From assembly GCF_006345805.1 (NCBI RefSeq), contig NC_043008.1, positions 38,068,001 to 38,132,000 on the forward strand: DNA of 64,000 nucleotides, given 5' to 3'. Source of the DNA: Octopus sinensis. Taxonomy: Eukaryota. Of the stretch, positions 1-12,975 are shown piece by piece. The position numbers and the translations under genes are program-made. The notes beneath the pieces were generated by a model. It saw nothing but the letters and a program-made list of their open reading frames with translations, was not told the origin of the DNA and made no database searches. Position 1 is the first letter of the stretch; each line of letters starts with the position of its first letter.

Positions 1-158
1 TATTGAAATTTACATTTGTGCAAAATAAAGGGTTATATTTTTACTTGTTTTTTTGTTATTTTAACAGTCTCACATATCCATTTAAGGCAGTGCCAGCTAA
101 AATACCAACCTGAGCTCCAGATATCAACACTATATTCTGAGCTCACAATTATATAGAT

Positions 159-572
159 GGAGGAGTGGCTGTGTAGCAAGTAGCTTACTTACGAACCACA
201 TGGTTCTGGGTTCAGTCCCACTGCATGGCACCTTGGGCAAGTGTCTTCTACTATAGCCTCAAGCCGACCAAAGCCTTGAGAGTGAATTTGGTAGATGGAA
301 ACTAAAAGAATCCCGTCATATATATGTATATATATATATATATGTATGTGTTTGTATATGTTTGTGTGTCTGTGTTTGTACCCCCAACATCACTTGACAA
401 CCGATGCTGGTGCGTTTATGTCTCCTTAACTTAGTGGTACAGCAAAAGAGACCGATAGAATAAGTACTAGGCTTCCAAAGAATAAGTCCTGGGGTCGATT
501 TCTTCGACTAAAGGCGGTGCACCAGCATGGCCATAGTCAAATGATTGAAACCAGTAAAAGAGTTAAAAGAGT
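159..572 (+). mobile_element. SINE family A, full length
   Basis: tRNA-like head (tggctgtgtagc...gggttcagtccc), central (TA)n/(TG)n and a gtaaaaga tail; collinear with 33390-33790 and 57093-57536. Confidence 0.9.
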
Positions 573-1515
573 CCGTATACATAAACAAGATTAAGGGATT
601 TTCATAGTGTCACTAAATACTCCAACCTCAAAAAGTCTCTCTTGTTCTACAAATTCTAATTTCACTTACATTTGTGGTGGTGCATTTTCAGTATACAGCA
701 CTTAGTGGGGGTGGGGTATCGGAAATAAACAGCAAAACAACCAAAAATTTCATTGATTGGCAATGCTTCATTTGGCAACAATTCTAGTGCTTTGTGTCTT
801 CCTTCTGTATCTTTCACTACAGCTATATTTGTCTTTGTGTTGGCCATGGCATCACTACCTCCCATGGTTGATGCAACCACCTATCCACAACCTGTCAGTG
901 TGCTGTTCAAGAATTTGGACCTGGCGATCTCCATTTCCAGCGACTTTGAGGGCCACCTCCCAGTGGTGTTGGGCGTCAATGAAGAGTCCTAGACTACAAC
1001 AAGACGACCAAAGTTTTTTTTTTCCAAAGGTCTGGGGTCTCCCGCCCCTAAGCCCTAGACCATCACCTAATCACCCTTACCCATCTTGTTGCTTAACAAC
1101 AACAACAACAACAAACTGTCAGTGTTACTGCATTTTCTTTGTAAAATTCTACCTTTGCCTCTTTCTGTCTAGAGATTAATCCGTTTATCAACCAATTAGC
1201 AGGGACTTGGATTGGTGTGTATGTGTATGTGTGTGTGTGCGCGTGTGTGTGTTTGCGTGTATGTGTGTGTGTGGTTGTTTCTTTCTGTGTGGACATCATG
1301 TGTTAATTACAAGCAAAATATCCCTGCATAAAAGCTGTGTTTTGTCTTTACCATCTTTTGTGAGAACATGTCCACTCATTGCTTGAAGTAATAGGGAAAT
1401 TATCAACTTGCTTGGAAACAAGTAAGCATTGGTAAATGGAAGAAAGTCTGCCTCAGTAAATCTCATACAACCCATACCAGCATGAGGAATAGAGCATCAC
1501 CATAATGCCAATGAC

Positions 1516-1524
<9 letters not shown>

Positions 1525-1592
<68 letters not shown>

Positions 1593-1675
1593 ATATCATC
1601 ATCATCATTATTATTGTCATTATCATCATCATCATCATTATCATTGTCATTATCAGCATCGTCATTCATCATCAT
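1525..1675. repeat. (TA)n plus (ATC/ATT)n microsatellite
   Basis: Directly visible. Confidence 0.95.
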
Positions 1676-1905
1676 TTTAAAGTCCACTTTTCCATGCTTC
1701 CATGGATCAGATGGAGTTTACCGAGACAGATTTTTCTATGGCTGGATGCCCTTCCTGACACCAACCGTCACCAGTTTCCCCAAAAAGTAATATTTCTTGG
1801 GGTTAGGCATATTCTTTCAGAATATTGGAAATGAATGACACTGCTTGTATAACAGTGGCACTTGTTTACATCTACCACTCAATGTCCTGACAAGAAGACA
1901 CAAAC
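1676..1905 (-). mobile_element. SINE 3' part (alternative tail ending in (GAT)n)
   Basis: ggatgcccttcctgacaccaacc and ttttccatgc motifs; the same tail occurs at 14121-14265, 50990-51240, 60350-60535 and 61700-61920. Confidence 0.7.
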
Positions 1906-3053
1906 ACATTAACATATACAAGCATTTACACATGCACACACATGCGCACACACACACACATGCACTTACACACACACACACATACATACACACACAATGG
2001 GCTTTTTTCTCTTTCTCTCTATCCAGGCTGTAGACCCAGGCTGTGGCAGAAGACACCTTTCCAAGGTGCCAAGCATACATGCATACATACATACATACAT
2101 ACATACATACATACATACATACATACATACATACATACATACAAACATACATGTTTGAGTTTTGTTTGAGTGTGCATAATTTCATCTGTGAATGAGTCTC
2201 CAGATATAAAAGGAACACTTAATAAGTTCCTGCCTGTATCTTTCACTAGTATTTCATTGAGTTCCATGGTCAAAACACTTAACTTTCAAATGGCCAAGTT
2301 TACCCTATCGTAAATAAGTACTACATTGTAGAAATAACTTGTTGCAGTAAGCACAAATAACACAGCCAAATAGACAAGTATTTATTGACTAACACTGCTA
2401 AATTCAAATACACCTGCTAGAAAATTCTCCAATATAAGACTGTATCCTATCTATAAGCAAATTTATCTTTTGTCTGAGAAATGGATATAATCACCATCAT
2501 AGGACTATAGATGTCTGCAAGAGGACATTGTCAATATAGAGAAATTTCTTTGTTACATAAAGAGATTAACGTTAGCAATCCTGTTAGATATTTTTCTGTT
2601 TAAAGATTTGATTTATAATATAATTTAGTTACTTCCAACTGGGCAAAGACACGTCTTGTAGAGAAGGGACAAAAATAAGTAAAAAAAAAAGAAAATATTC
2701 CCTGTACTAAAACTACTTATGTTGTTTATTTATAATGGTTTCCATGGAAATGAAAAGTAAAGACAAGTCTGTCGGGTTTATTCTCAGAAGCCAGAAGTTC
2801 AAGATACTATAATATTTTTACCATTTTCATTAAAATGAAGTATCCTCTTAACCATTTAAGTTTTTTATAAGAATTATGTGAAAATCTATTTATGACCTCT
2901 GGCATTTCATCGTATTTATGATCAATACTTTTAAGTTTGAATAGTTCTGCTGCCGTTTTTCTTTTTTCTTTTGAATACCATAGGTCAATGTTTCTGATTG
3001 TAAAGGGTCTGTGGAAATCTAAAAGGGACCATACAAATATTTTGTCTTCTACA

Positions 3054-3345
3054 TTTTACTTGTTTCTGTTATAGGACTGTCATAGGACTGCAGCCACGCT
3101 GTCACGCTGCCTTGCTGGGGTACTGCCTTGCTAGGGTACTGCTTTGCTGGGTTTTAGCCAAAGAAATTGTTCCCAGCACTTATAGTCATAAAGCTTGGTA
3201 CTTATGCTTTTGCCAAAGCTGCTAAGCTACAGGGACATAAACAAACCAACACTGCTTATCAAGTGGAGTTGGTAGGGAACAAACACATACACATACATAC
3301 AACAAACTTCCTTAGGTTTCCATCTACCAAATCCACTCACATGAA
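3054..3345 (-). mobile_element. SINE family A, decayed, with local 16-bp triplication
   Basis: Tail ttttacttgtttc through gtttccatctaccaaatccactcac; gctggggtactgcctt-like unit occurs three times internally. Confidence 0.7.
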
Positions 3346-3452
3346 AGACTGCCCAATATTTAAAGGGAATAATTATAAATTTTTCCCTTATGAGGTTTAT
3401 TCACGCTGACTACTTGATAAATTCTTATAAAGATTTTATTCTATTTTTAAAT

Positions 3453-3514
<62 letters not shown>

Positions 3515-3821
3515 TTATATATTTATATGTATATGTATATGTGCGTGCCTGACTACATATTCTCTTTGTCTTAATATATAACTTGTGATCGTTGACAAAG
3601 CCTCACTGTTTAAAACAAATGGTGTTGTGTGCAGCCTTTCATGCTTGGGTTGTTTATTGTTTAACACACTGAGAGAATTGTTAAGTAACTTGGAAACAAG
3701 CACGGGTCTCAATGACAAGAAAGGGTTCTGGCTGTGAAAATTTTTGCCTCAAAGAATTTTCATCTGACTTATGAAAGCATGGGTGAGTAGGCATTAAAAT
3801 AACATCACTGCCGCCGATGGC

Positions 3822-4040
3822 AATGATGATGATGATGATGACGACGATGACAACGACGACGATGACGACGATGATGATGATGAGGACAATGATGGATTGA
3901 TTAACTTCAACTCATCCAGAACGAGAATATTTAATACTAAAAAGAAAGAAAGAAGGAAAGAAAAAAAGAAAGAAAGAAAGAAAGAAGGAAAGAAAAAAAG
4001 AAAGGAAGAAAGAAAGAAAGGAAGGAAGGAAGAAAGAGAA
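3822..4040. repeat. (GAT/GAC)n and (AAAG)n simple repeats
   Basis: Directly visible. Confidence 0.9.
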
Positions 4041-5563
4041 ACAGAAGTATCTGTTAGAAGAATTCTGGAAGCTGAATATAGGTTTGTGCATGTACACTAA
4101 TTGGAAAACAATTATTAAAAACAAATGATGATCATTTTGTAATACATTATCAAACCATGCTTAACGGACAAATTTTGTTTGTTCTTTTTCTTCCCTTATT
4201 AAGCAACAGCAATAAAATAAGCAATGTGAAACACATTAAAACCAAATACATGTAACATGCTTCAAATAAATCAAAATTGGTAAATTATGGTAAGAATTTA
4301 AACAAACTAATCACAAAATGTTATCCTACAAAGTCAAAGCCAATTACAAAACATGTTATTTTTTTCCTTTTAATGACAAGAAAATAACAAAATATATATT
4401 TTATTATTTGAGTATATATTGTCAGGACTACAATTTTTATAGGAATTAAAATGTATTTTGAGAAGAGGAAATAATATTACTCATGTTTTATAGTTAGTTT
4501 TATAACTACAAATTACATGGTGTCGCTATATATATATGGCACCACTTACTTATTTACTTTTCTTCCTATTCGTATATTATCATTATCTTTAATATACATA
4601 CATTTATATATACATACATATATATATATATAGATATATATATATGCCTATATATATACATATATGTACATGCATATATACACATACATATATACATGCA
4701 TATATATATATACATGTATATATGCATACACATATATATGTGTGTACATGTATGTATATATATATATATATACATACATAAATATATACATATATATATG
4801 ATCTAACACAGATTCTGTAATTGTTAACAAATATCCTTTTGAAGTCATCTTTTTGTTGCAAATTCAAATGATGAATCTACCTAAAACCCTAAGTTGTCAT
4901 TTAACAAATTACTGACTTTGAAGAATTAATATTTTAATTAAATTTTAAGAATTCTTTTCTTTTCATTTTATTTCATCTGTGTAAATTATATATTTGGCTA
5001 ACTGTTAAATGACATTATATGAAATTTTTTTCACTTGCATAGGAGTAACTATCAAATTGTCATCAGCTATTAAGAATGAAGGAAAGTCTGTGGTATTTAT
5101 AGAAGTTAAGGGAATATATTTATCTAAATTAGGACGGAGGTGGAGGGGAAGAAACAAAATACAAAAGTATACTTTTGGCATATAATTTACAAGCTTTTCC
5201 TACTTCTTAATATTTCTTTAACATTGTATTGTGATTTATGCTGTGTAATGGAAAAAAAAATTTTAGACAGCGACCTTTCGAACTTTATACATATAATATG
5301 GCAAACAAAATGAGAGAAAATTGCACGGATTGAAAATGAATGGAAGGCACTAATTGTCATTGTGTGTGTATGGGTACCTATTTGTGGTATGTACAGCAAT
5401 GTGACTGTGTGAGAGAGAGAATGTGCTCCCCCGTCTTAGTTTCAGACATGAAAATGTTCAGTCCAATAATTTTTACAAATAAATAACATTAACTGCATTG
5501 ATGATTAGTGATTCTGCTGGGGTGTTTTTTGATGATTTTTGCCTATTAGGAATGATTGTTTAC

Positions 5564-5600
5564 CTTTCGCTTTCAATCAGTGTAGTTTGCTTCACTTTGT
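5564..5600 (-). CDS. Candidate 37-nt linker micro-exon after exon B
   Basis: atggtag|AC AAA GTG AAG CAA ACT ACA CTG ATT GAA AGC GAA AG|gtaaac is phase-compatible with exon B and reads (D)KVKQTTLIESE(R). The donor is strong, but the upstream intron would be only 61 nt. Confidence 0.28.
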
Positions 5601-5661
5601 CTACCATATTAAATGTACAAATATCGAAAGATCACTTATTGGGCATCAAATATGGACTTAC

Positions 5662-5943
5662 CATATGGGGGAATCACGTCTACTTTAAAGCGTTTGATTT
5701 CTTTGTTGCCTTCTTCACAAATATAAAGTCCCGTGTCACTATAGTTACTCTTCAGTACTGTGAAGACACTGATTAGAGTTTTTGTAACTCTAGGTCGATA
5801 GTTTGTAATGTAAACTTTTTTACTGACATCAGTACTTAAAGGTTTGCCTTGTTTGAACCACAATATATCGTCAGGAGGTTCCGTCTTTCTTGTAATGTTA
5901 CATATCAGCTTCACAGGATCCTCAAGCCTGACACGCACTATGT
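5662..5943 (-). CDS. Internal Ig-domain exon B, paralogous to exon A
   Basis: Acceptor caatttttttattgcag|AC (AG at 5945-5944). Translation (D)IVRVRLEDPVKLICNITRKTEPPDDILWFKQGKPLSTDVSKKVYITNYRPRVTKTLISVFTVLKSNYSDTGLYICEEGNKEIKRFKVDVIPPY has L-I-C, W-F-K-x-G, D-T-G-L-Y-I-C, and NIT and NYS sequons. Perfect donor TAT G|gtaagt at 5661; 282 nt, phase 1-1. 36 identities over about 94 aa to exon A by hand alignment. Confidence 0.9.
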
Positions 5944-7404
5944 CTGCAATAAAAAAATTGAATACAATAGCAATGGCATTGTTCCTGGAAGTTATACATG
6001 ATATGAAAGAATAATGATCTTCATGTGACAAAATTTTTGTTGTTGAACTTAAATGGAAATTATTGACGAGAGCAGAACAGCAGTCATCATTGCCTGTGAT
6101 CAACAAACATTTATCTAATATTATAGGCAATTTCCTGGTGTTGCCTTATTTTTTGTTTTTATTGTTACAGAAATTTTTTGTTACAGAAATTTTCAGTAAT
6201 TACTCTAAATTATAAAATATTTTGTTGTTGTAACTAGCAATTTTTTTCTAATGCTTAATATTTGAAGATAATTCAAAATAATAATTTTACTTAATTTACT
6301 ATAAATAGGTCTATCAAGAACAGAGTTTGAGTTAAAATTAAAATTCTATATTTAAAAATATTAAATATAATATACAAAAAAATTTTTTTTTGTATTTTTG
6401 TGTCAACAATATTTATTACATTTTATTAACCAATGAAATATATCAAAATTTTCAATCTAGTTGCCACTAAATCAAGCTATTATTATTATTATTATTTTGG
6501 CAAATATAAATACACACACATATATATATATGTTGCTACAATCTATGGACAGATCTATACTCACATCACATCAAATGTATCACTAAATTTATTAGTCCAG
6601 AGACGATAATCTAATAAACATTTTTCTTTCTCTAAATATCTTATATTTCAAAGCGACAAAAATCATTTGCATTTATTTCACAAAATATATTTCCAAAGTA
6701 GTACAACATTAATAAACTAAAGAATCACAAAAGCAATGACAAAATTCAACAGCAACGTAGGCATGCTTTATCAAAGAAACAAAAACAAAAAAAAAGATGA
6801 TGCATCAGTCGAGTAAAAATTTTATATCAACCATTTTTGTTGCTTGGATGTTTTTACAGAAAGAAAAAATCTATGTTAGATATAGCCTGTGTATAAGAAA
6901 ATGTCTTGGTAGTATGACCAATAGAACGAATCTTGGTCCCTTGTCTAGTATATTTTATATAATTGCATTGATTTCCATCTATGGTTATTTTTACTGAGGC
7001 ACAGCCATAAAAGTCAAGTGTATAGATTTTCTATAATGATGATGGCTAAAAAAATTAAATAAATAAATAACAAAGTTGTAATGCAGAATAATGTAAAGTT
7101 AAGTTAGAAGTGAGGGTCTAAAGTGAGCTATTTCTAACACACTATCAGAGTCATCAAAATAGAGATTAAATAATAAAAGGTTAAAGATTTATTGTCATGT
7201 TTACTATTTATAGAGAAACATAAAAAGCTTGCTTATTTTGGCATATAAGCACTGCGACCACTCACCACACAATAGTCTATAGAGTAGATAAAAGCAATAG
7301 GAATAAAAAATAATACCAAATGAGGTTTCCAGTTGCTATGAATAGTTTTAGGGGTTCACATTCAAAACTGTAGATCAGTTAGTTGTGAATAGGTACAACT
7401 GTCT

Positions 7405-7424
7405 ACATATATATAAATAAATAC

Positions 7425-7493
<69 letters not shown>

Positions 7494-7522
7494 ATATATA
7501 TGTATGTATATATATGTTTATA

Positions 7523-7595
<73 letters not shown>

Positions 7596-7710
7596 GTATA
7601 CATATATGTATGTATGCACACACACATATATACATATACTTATATATGTATAAACATATAATTATATATGAATATGTGTGTGCATATATACATACACACA
7701 TACACTCATA
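7405..7710. repeat. Compound (TA)n/(TG)n/(TAGA)n microsatellite
   Basis: Directly visible. Confidence 0.95.
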
Positions 7711-8646
7711 TAACTGGTTCCAAATTTGAAAACGAAGATATGTGGTTAAATAAATGGCTGGTTTTTATAAATGTATTTTTTATTTTACTCTCTTTCATGT
7801 GGGAATTTGTAGGCAGTGATTTGGTTGAAATCATGCCTGATAGAATACTGGGTTGGGGGAAGAAGATTTATTTATGTGTGTAGATGCTGGAAGTGATTTT
7901 TGAAGACAGTTGTATTTGTTACACACAACCATGAAACTTTGGCAGTTAAAAGTTGTTAACTTTCCTTCTATGAACGAAATACTGCTGATGTAATCATACA
8001 ATTTTATCTGAGTCATAGTGCTTCTAGGTAGAAGTCTTGGGAAAACAGGAGTCAAAAGTAAACCGATCTTTTTTTTTTTTTTTTGAGAAATGGTAATGTG
8101 CCAAACTAAATGCTTACAGCGCATAGTTATGAACTTTTACACTCTAAGTTCCAATCCTGGTGGGGGTTAACCTCGCCTCTAATCCCTCCAAGCTTAGTAA
8201 ACAAAATGGCAATAGTATTGATTCACTACTTCATTACCTAAAAGTTTGTGGTTTATGTCAAGGTTGAAAACTATTATTATTATTATTATTATTTGATAGA
8301 ATTGTTGCAGCTCTAAAAAAGAAAAGATGCCTTACAGTGCTTCTTTGAAATCTTTACATTCTGGGTTCAAAACCCAATGAGGTCATTTTTACATTTCGTC
8401 CTTCCAGGGTCAATAAAACAAAGCACTTAGTTAATAAACTAAGGATGATGGTATCAACTAACACCTTCCCTCCCAACTACAACTTACAACATTTTGGGAT
8501 CGATGAAAGAAGTACCAGTTGAGCAGTAGTGTTGATGCAATCAACTAGCCCCTTCCCAAATATTTCAGACTTAGTGCCTGTAGTAGAAAGTATTGTTGTT
8601 GTTGTTGTTGTTATTATTATTATTATTATTATCGCCTGACTGGTAA

Positions 8647-8686
<40 letters not shown>

Positions 8687-9828
8687 TAATAATAATAATA
8701 ATAATGATAGTTGTTAAACTACATGATAGGCTAAGTCTAATGCCCAAGTAAGTTACAGTGAGATTTGATCTTAGAACACAAAGTGTTGGAATAAATACCA
8801 TAAGGCATTTGTTCTGATGTTCTTGCCAGTCTGTCAGTCCACTACCTTAATTGCTAGTTTTGACATAGTTGCCCACACATGTGTGCAACAAACATATTTT
8901 CTTTCCGAAATAAGAAATACAAAACTAAAGAGATTAACTTCAGATTCTGTGATGATCAGAATTGTTGATCAAAATGCGCAGTTAATAAGTATTTTTATGA
9001 CAACTGGTTATTGATTACTGCTTAATAGTTTTCAAATATATAATTTTCACTTGGTTACATATAATTTTTGGGCCCAATCAACCATAGTACTTATATATTT
9101 TGCATTGTTGCTGCTTGAACTTTGAAAATGTTAGATTCATGGCAAGGATATGCTTATATTTCTTCTAAGTTTTTATTATCTGGTTGACAGATAACCAGAG
9201 CCAAGCAGTAACTACATCTGTATTTACTAAATAGTAAAAGAACTAGAAGCTAGTTTATGAGCTTTTATGGACTTGCCTGACTCTACATCAATGATATTTT
9301 GATCTTTTTAAAATAAAGACCATATCTTTTAATTTTGTAAATTTTCAGACTCTGTATATGTCAATAAATTTGTAAAAGGACACATGAATAAAATCCTCTG
9401 GTTTCCTGGGTATGAGGAGTTGAGACATGGATTTTCAAGTTTTGTAGATCATCAGAAGTGATGATTTACCTGAGTGTATCATAGGTAACTTTCCCAATGA
9501 ATCCAATATCCAGCTAAGTAAATAAGTGACATTAAGTTTAATAGAAAAATTCTGCTGAGGTGTTAGTGACACCATCATCATCACTGTCATGAACACCAGT
9601 TTGATAATAATAGTCTTTTTTACTGAACACAAAGGCTGTAGATTACAGAAGATGAAACAAGATGTTTTGACATTCATACTTTTCTACTGGAACATTAAGT
9701 ATTACTGCCTATTTTTTGTTGTAATGTTCTTATCACTTATTTAATATTTATGTGAAACAAAAAAGAACTGAATTTTACTTTTAATTTACCAAATAAACTA
9801 CTTGTATTCTTGTTTCTAATAAAATGTT

Positions 9829-10085
9829 GGGGAGCATGGCTTAGTGGTTAGGGTGTCAGCACCATAATCATAAGATTGTGGTTTCAATTCAAAGATCGGG
9901 CAACGCGTTGTGTTCTTGAGCAAAACACTTCATTTCATGTTGCTCCAGTCCACTCAGCTGGCAAAAAGGAGTAATGCTGCGATGGACTGGTGTCCTGTCC
10001 AGCTGGGGAACACATACGCCATAGAAACCGGGAAACCGGGCCCATGAGCCTGGCTAGGCTTTAAAGAGGGCGCATTTATTTTTAT
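9829..10085 (+). mobile_element. SINE family C (tRNA head, V-domain-like core)
   Basis: Head tggcttagtggttagg...gtttcaattc; core gcgatggactggtgtcctgtccag; tail gaaaccgggaaaccgggcccatgagcctggc is shared with 61379-61655. Confidence 0.75.
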
Positions 10086-11811
10086 TGGACATTGTCAAAA
10101 TGCTGTGGTCGCCTCTAATGAGAACTCAATAAGGTTCGAAAATTGATTAAGGTTGTTCATTATTCTTTCTTGTGGTTCACCTGAGCACTGTATACAATAA
10201 TTTCATTATTATTATTATAAAATATTTTTAAGAAGATCAGAAATAATAAATGGTAACAGAAAGGTTGAATGTGGTTTAAACGTCAGCACAAGTGTAGAGA
10301 TTTGTAGTTGTTTCACCTTGGAACACAGAGAAAGTGGAATGTATATATATATTACTGATTCTGTTACTCTCTTACATTGGTATATCTGTACGAAATAATA
10401 TTAAGTAGTGTTGATTATAATCTTGCTTAGCTATTCTCTGATCAATTGTCTATGATATATGTTATTACCCTTTAATGACAGACACATTTCTCTATTTTAA
10501 AGAAACAATTGCACGTTAATGTTGACGGATAGCAATCTTAGAATACCATTTATCAACCAATACTAATTTCACACTAAGCAAGTATAAATTTAGTACGATC
10601 AACTATTATCTGTTTATACCAAATCATGGGAATATATCAAATCTTATCACTCTCCATTAACCCAAGGATGATTGTTGAGTTAGCACTGAAGGCTTTGTTT
10701 TTTAACTAGTGTATGAAGGGAAAGCCAGCAATTTACCTATATTACCTATCCACTCTCTAAGCAATTACCATCCAGGTAGGTATTGAAATAAAATAGTTTG
10801 ACTAGGAATTGAACTAAACGATGCTAACTTAGAATGTTAAGATATTATTATTCTATAGTTTTCATTGTTACAAATTTTGTTATTTCCAATGTTTAACCAT
10901 TTCTGCATCCTCAGAATAGAGGGAGGGTTATGCCCTACTCATATGGCAAAACCAGGAACCAATATCAAGTTGCACTCCCTCCATTCACTGACTACTGCCC
11001 CATAACATTCACTGCTTTTGAAAGGCATAAGGCCATACTTTTCTAGAGCAGGAATGTAGCTGATTTAACAAACTAAACTATATTGCTAGTAAAAAGTTTA
11101 TCATCCTTGGAATAATGAAAATTATAGTCAACCCAAGCAGAAATGGCAGCAAGAATTTAGAGAGGCAAATCTAAACATGACAGATATTTTTTCATCCAGT
11201 GCTCTGCTAATTCAGCACACTCAATGTCTTCTCTAATAGAAATGTCTTACACAGTTACAGAGTCACAAATGTATTTTATGATCAGAGAATGAGAGTGTGT
11301 AATATTCATCCCTTTCTCAAAGATATTAGTAATTTAAATGAAATGAGTTTTTCTATGGCATCTGCTAACCAATTCTTGATAATATTAATGCATCAAGGCA
11401 TTCATATCAGAATCTTTGAATAGAAAAATAAAATGGCATTTAGCAATCATTGTTGTAGAATTATTATTATTCAACTAAGGTATCTGTCTTGTGGTGATAA
11501 TTTCAGGATGTACTGTGGGGGTATTAGATAGATGGATGGATTGTTGTATGCCAATGATCACTCACAGCCCATGGGGACCAGGAAAAAAGAATGGTAAGAT
11601 TAGGAAACTCTAGCCAAAGGACTCTTTTCCCTTTAATGCTTAATCTGGATGGTATGGTAATTCCCATGATTCCTACCAGATCCCCTAAGACTATTAAGAT
11701 GAACAGGGGAAGTTATTCTCAAAACTGAGAACTCTAGTCTGAATGCTTACAGCAAAGTGGGATAACATAAAGCACCTAAGGACCATTGGTGCTGTTAAAA
11801 CTAATGACAAA

Positions 11812-12030
11812 TTAACCTTTTCATTATTTTCGTTATATTTCCATTAAAATATACTGTTTTGGGTTTAAGTGATTTTTAAATAATGAATAATTTAGTGAAA
11901 TTAAATTGCTGTTATTAAGCTGATGGCTGAAATATCAATTAACAGGAAATTTTAGAGGAAGGTTTTAATGTAGATCCATTTAAAACAAGAAACTTGTATC
12001 ATAGAACTATTGGTGGTGCTAGAAGGGTTG
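11812..12030. mobile_element. Decayed relative of the 55914 MITE
   Basis: ttaaccttt at the left end, gaagggttg at the right end, and interior similarity (gttattaagctg, ggaaggttttaat). Confidence 0.45.
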
Positions 12031-12547
12031 GCATCGCAGACAAGAGGCTCCAGTAAGATTTGAACTCAGAACACAAAGGTATCCCATCCAATGCTCTTAC
12101 AGTTCAGCCAAGTCACTACCAGGATGCATAGTGGAATAACTTCTCAGTCAACTTTGCAAACCCACAGGAGGTGGTAAACACATTTTCTCACTTAATTAAA
12201 CACTTGTCAGCGATGACTCTATTGCAAATATGTAGCTAGAATTGTCAGTTTATAATTATGCATCAAGGAGAATAAAACATAAGCCCAATGACTAATATCA
12301 ATTTAAACTGATCGGGCAGTAACTCTGAACATGTTTTGGTCTTTTAAACAAATAAAGCACGCATGTTCAATGTTGTTACCCATGCTGATCACATTCAGAT
12401 TAAATTTATATCAGTCATCAATCAAATATTTTCTTCTTCTCACCACATTATCATTACTTGGTTATTTGATTGCTAATTTTTTTACATTGCATCATAACCA
12501 GTCTAAGTTTTTTTTTTTAGCACAGAACAAATTCCTGGGTGATTTCC

Positions 12548-12975
12548 TTCTTCTTTCTTTATGCCTTTAACCCTCCAATGAAGAGTATAGGCCACTTATA
12601 GTTGAATTCCATGTCGCATAAATTTTGGCTTCTGTACTTATACTCTGCCATGAATGTCCTCCTTTCTCTAGTTCCTTTTGTGTTGATCTCTGCCACGAGT
12701 TCTTAAGCCTACCTCTCCTTCTATATCCATCCGGTTTCCACTGTAAAGCACTTTTCGCTACATTTGGTGTGTCTTTTCTAATTGTGCTACCAATCCACTT
12801 CCACATTTTCTTAAATATTTGCTCCTTAATCGAAACTTGATTTGTTCTTTGCCATAGCTCCATATTGCTTATGTGTTCGGGCCATCTAATTTTAAGTATA
12901 CTATGCAAGCATCTATTGATGAATGATTGTATTTGCTTATTTGACTTAACTGTTGTTTGCCATGTCTCAGCCCCC
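12548..12975 (-). mobile_element. 5'-truncated RTE-clade LINE, C-terminal end of the ORF
   Basis: Translation GAETWQTT...IQSFINRCLHSILKIRWPEHISNMELWQRTNQ...WKWIGSTIRK...ALQWKPDGYRRRGRLKNSWQR matches the post-RT RTE motifs (YGAETW, WxWIGHxLRK, GxRxRGRP). Ends in an A-rich tail. Confidence 0.9.

Noticed and set aside
5944-6130. N-terminal extension of ORF 5636..6130 (MPIILDKC...)
   Set aside because: It lies upstream of a canonical polypyrimidine-AG acceptor, has no signal-peptide or Ig character, and is best read as open intron.
9667-9678. Minus-strand YECQ, resembling the Dpr first-Ig F strand
   Set aside because: No upstream D-x-G or Trp, stops close on both sides, and no usable exon.
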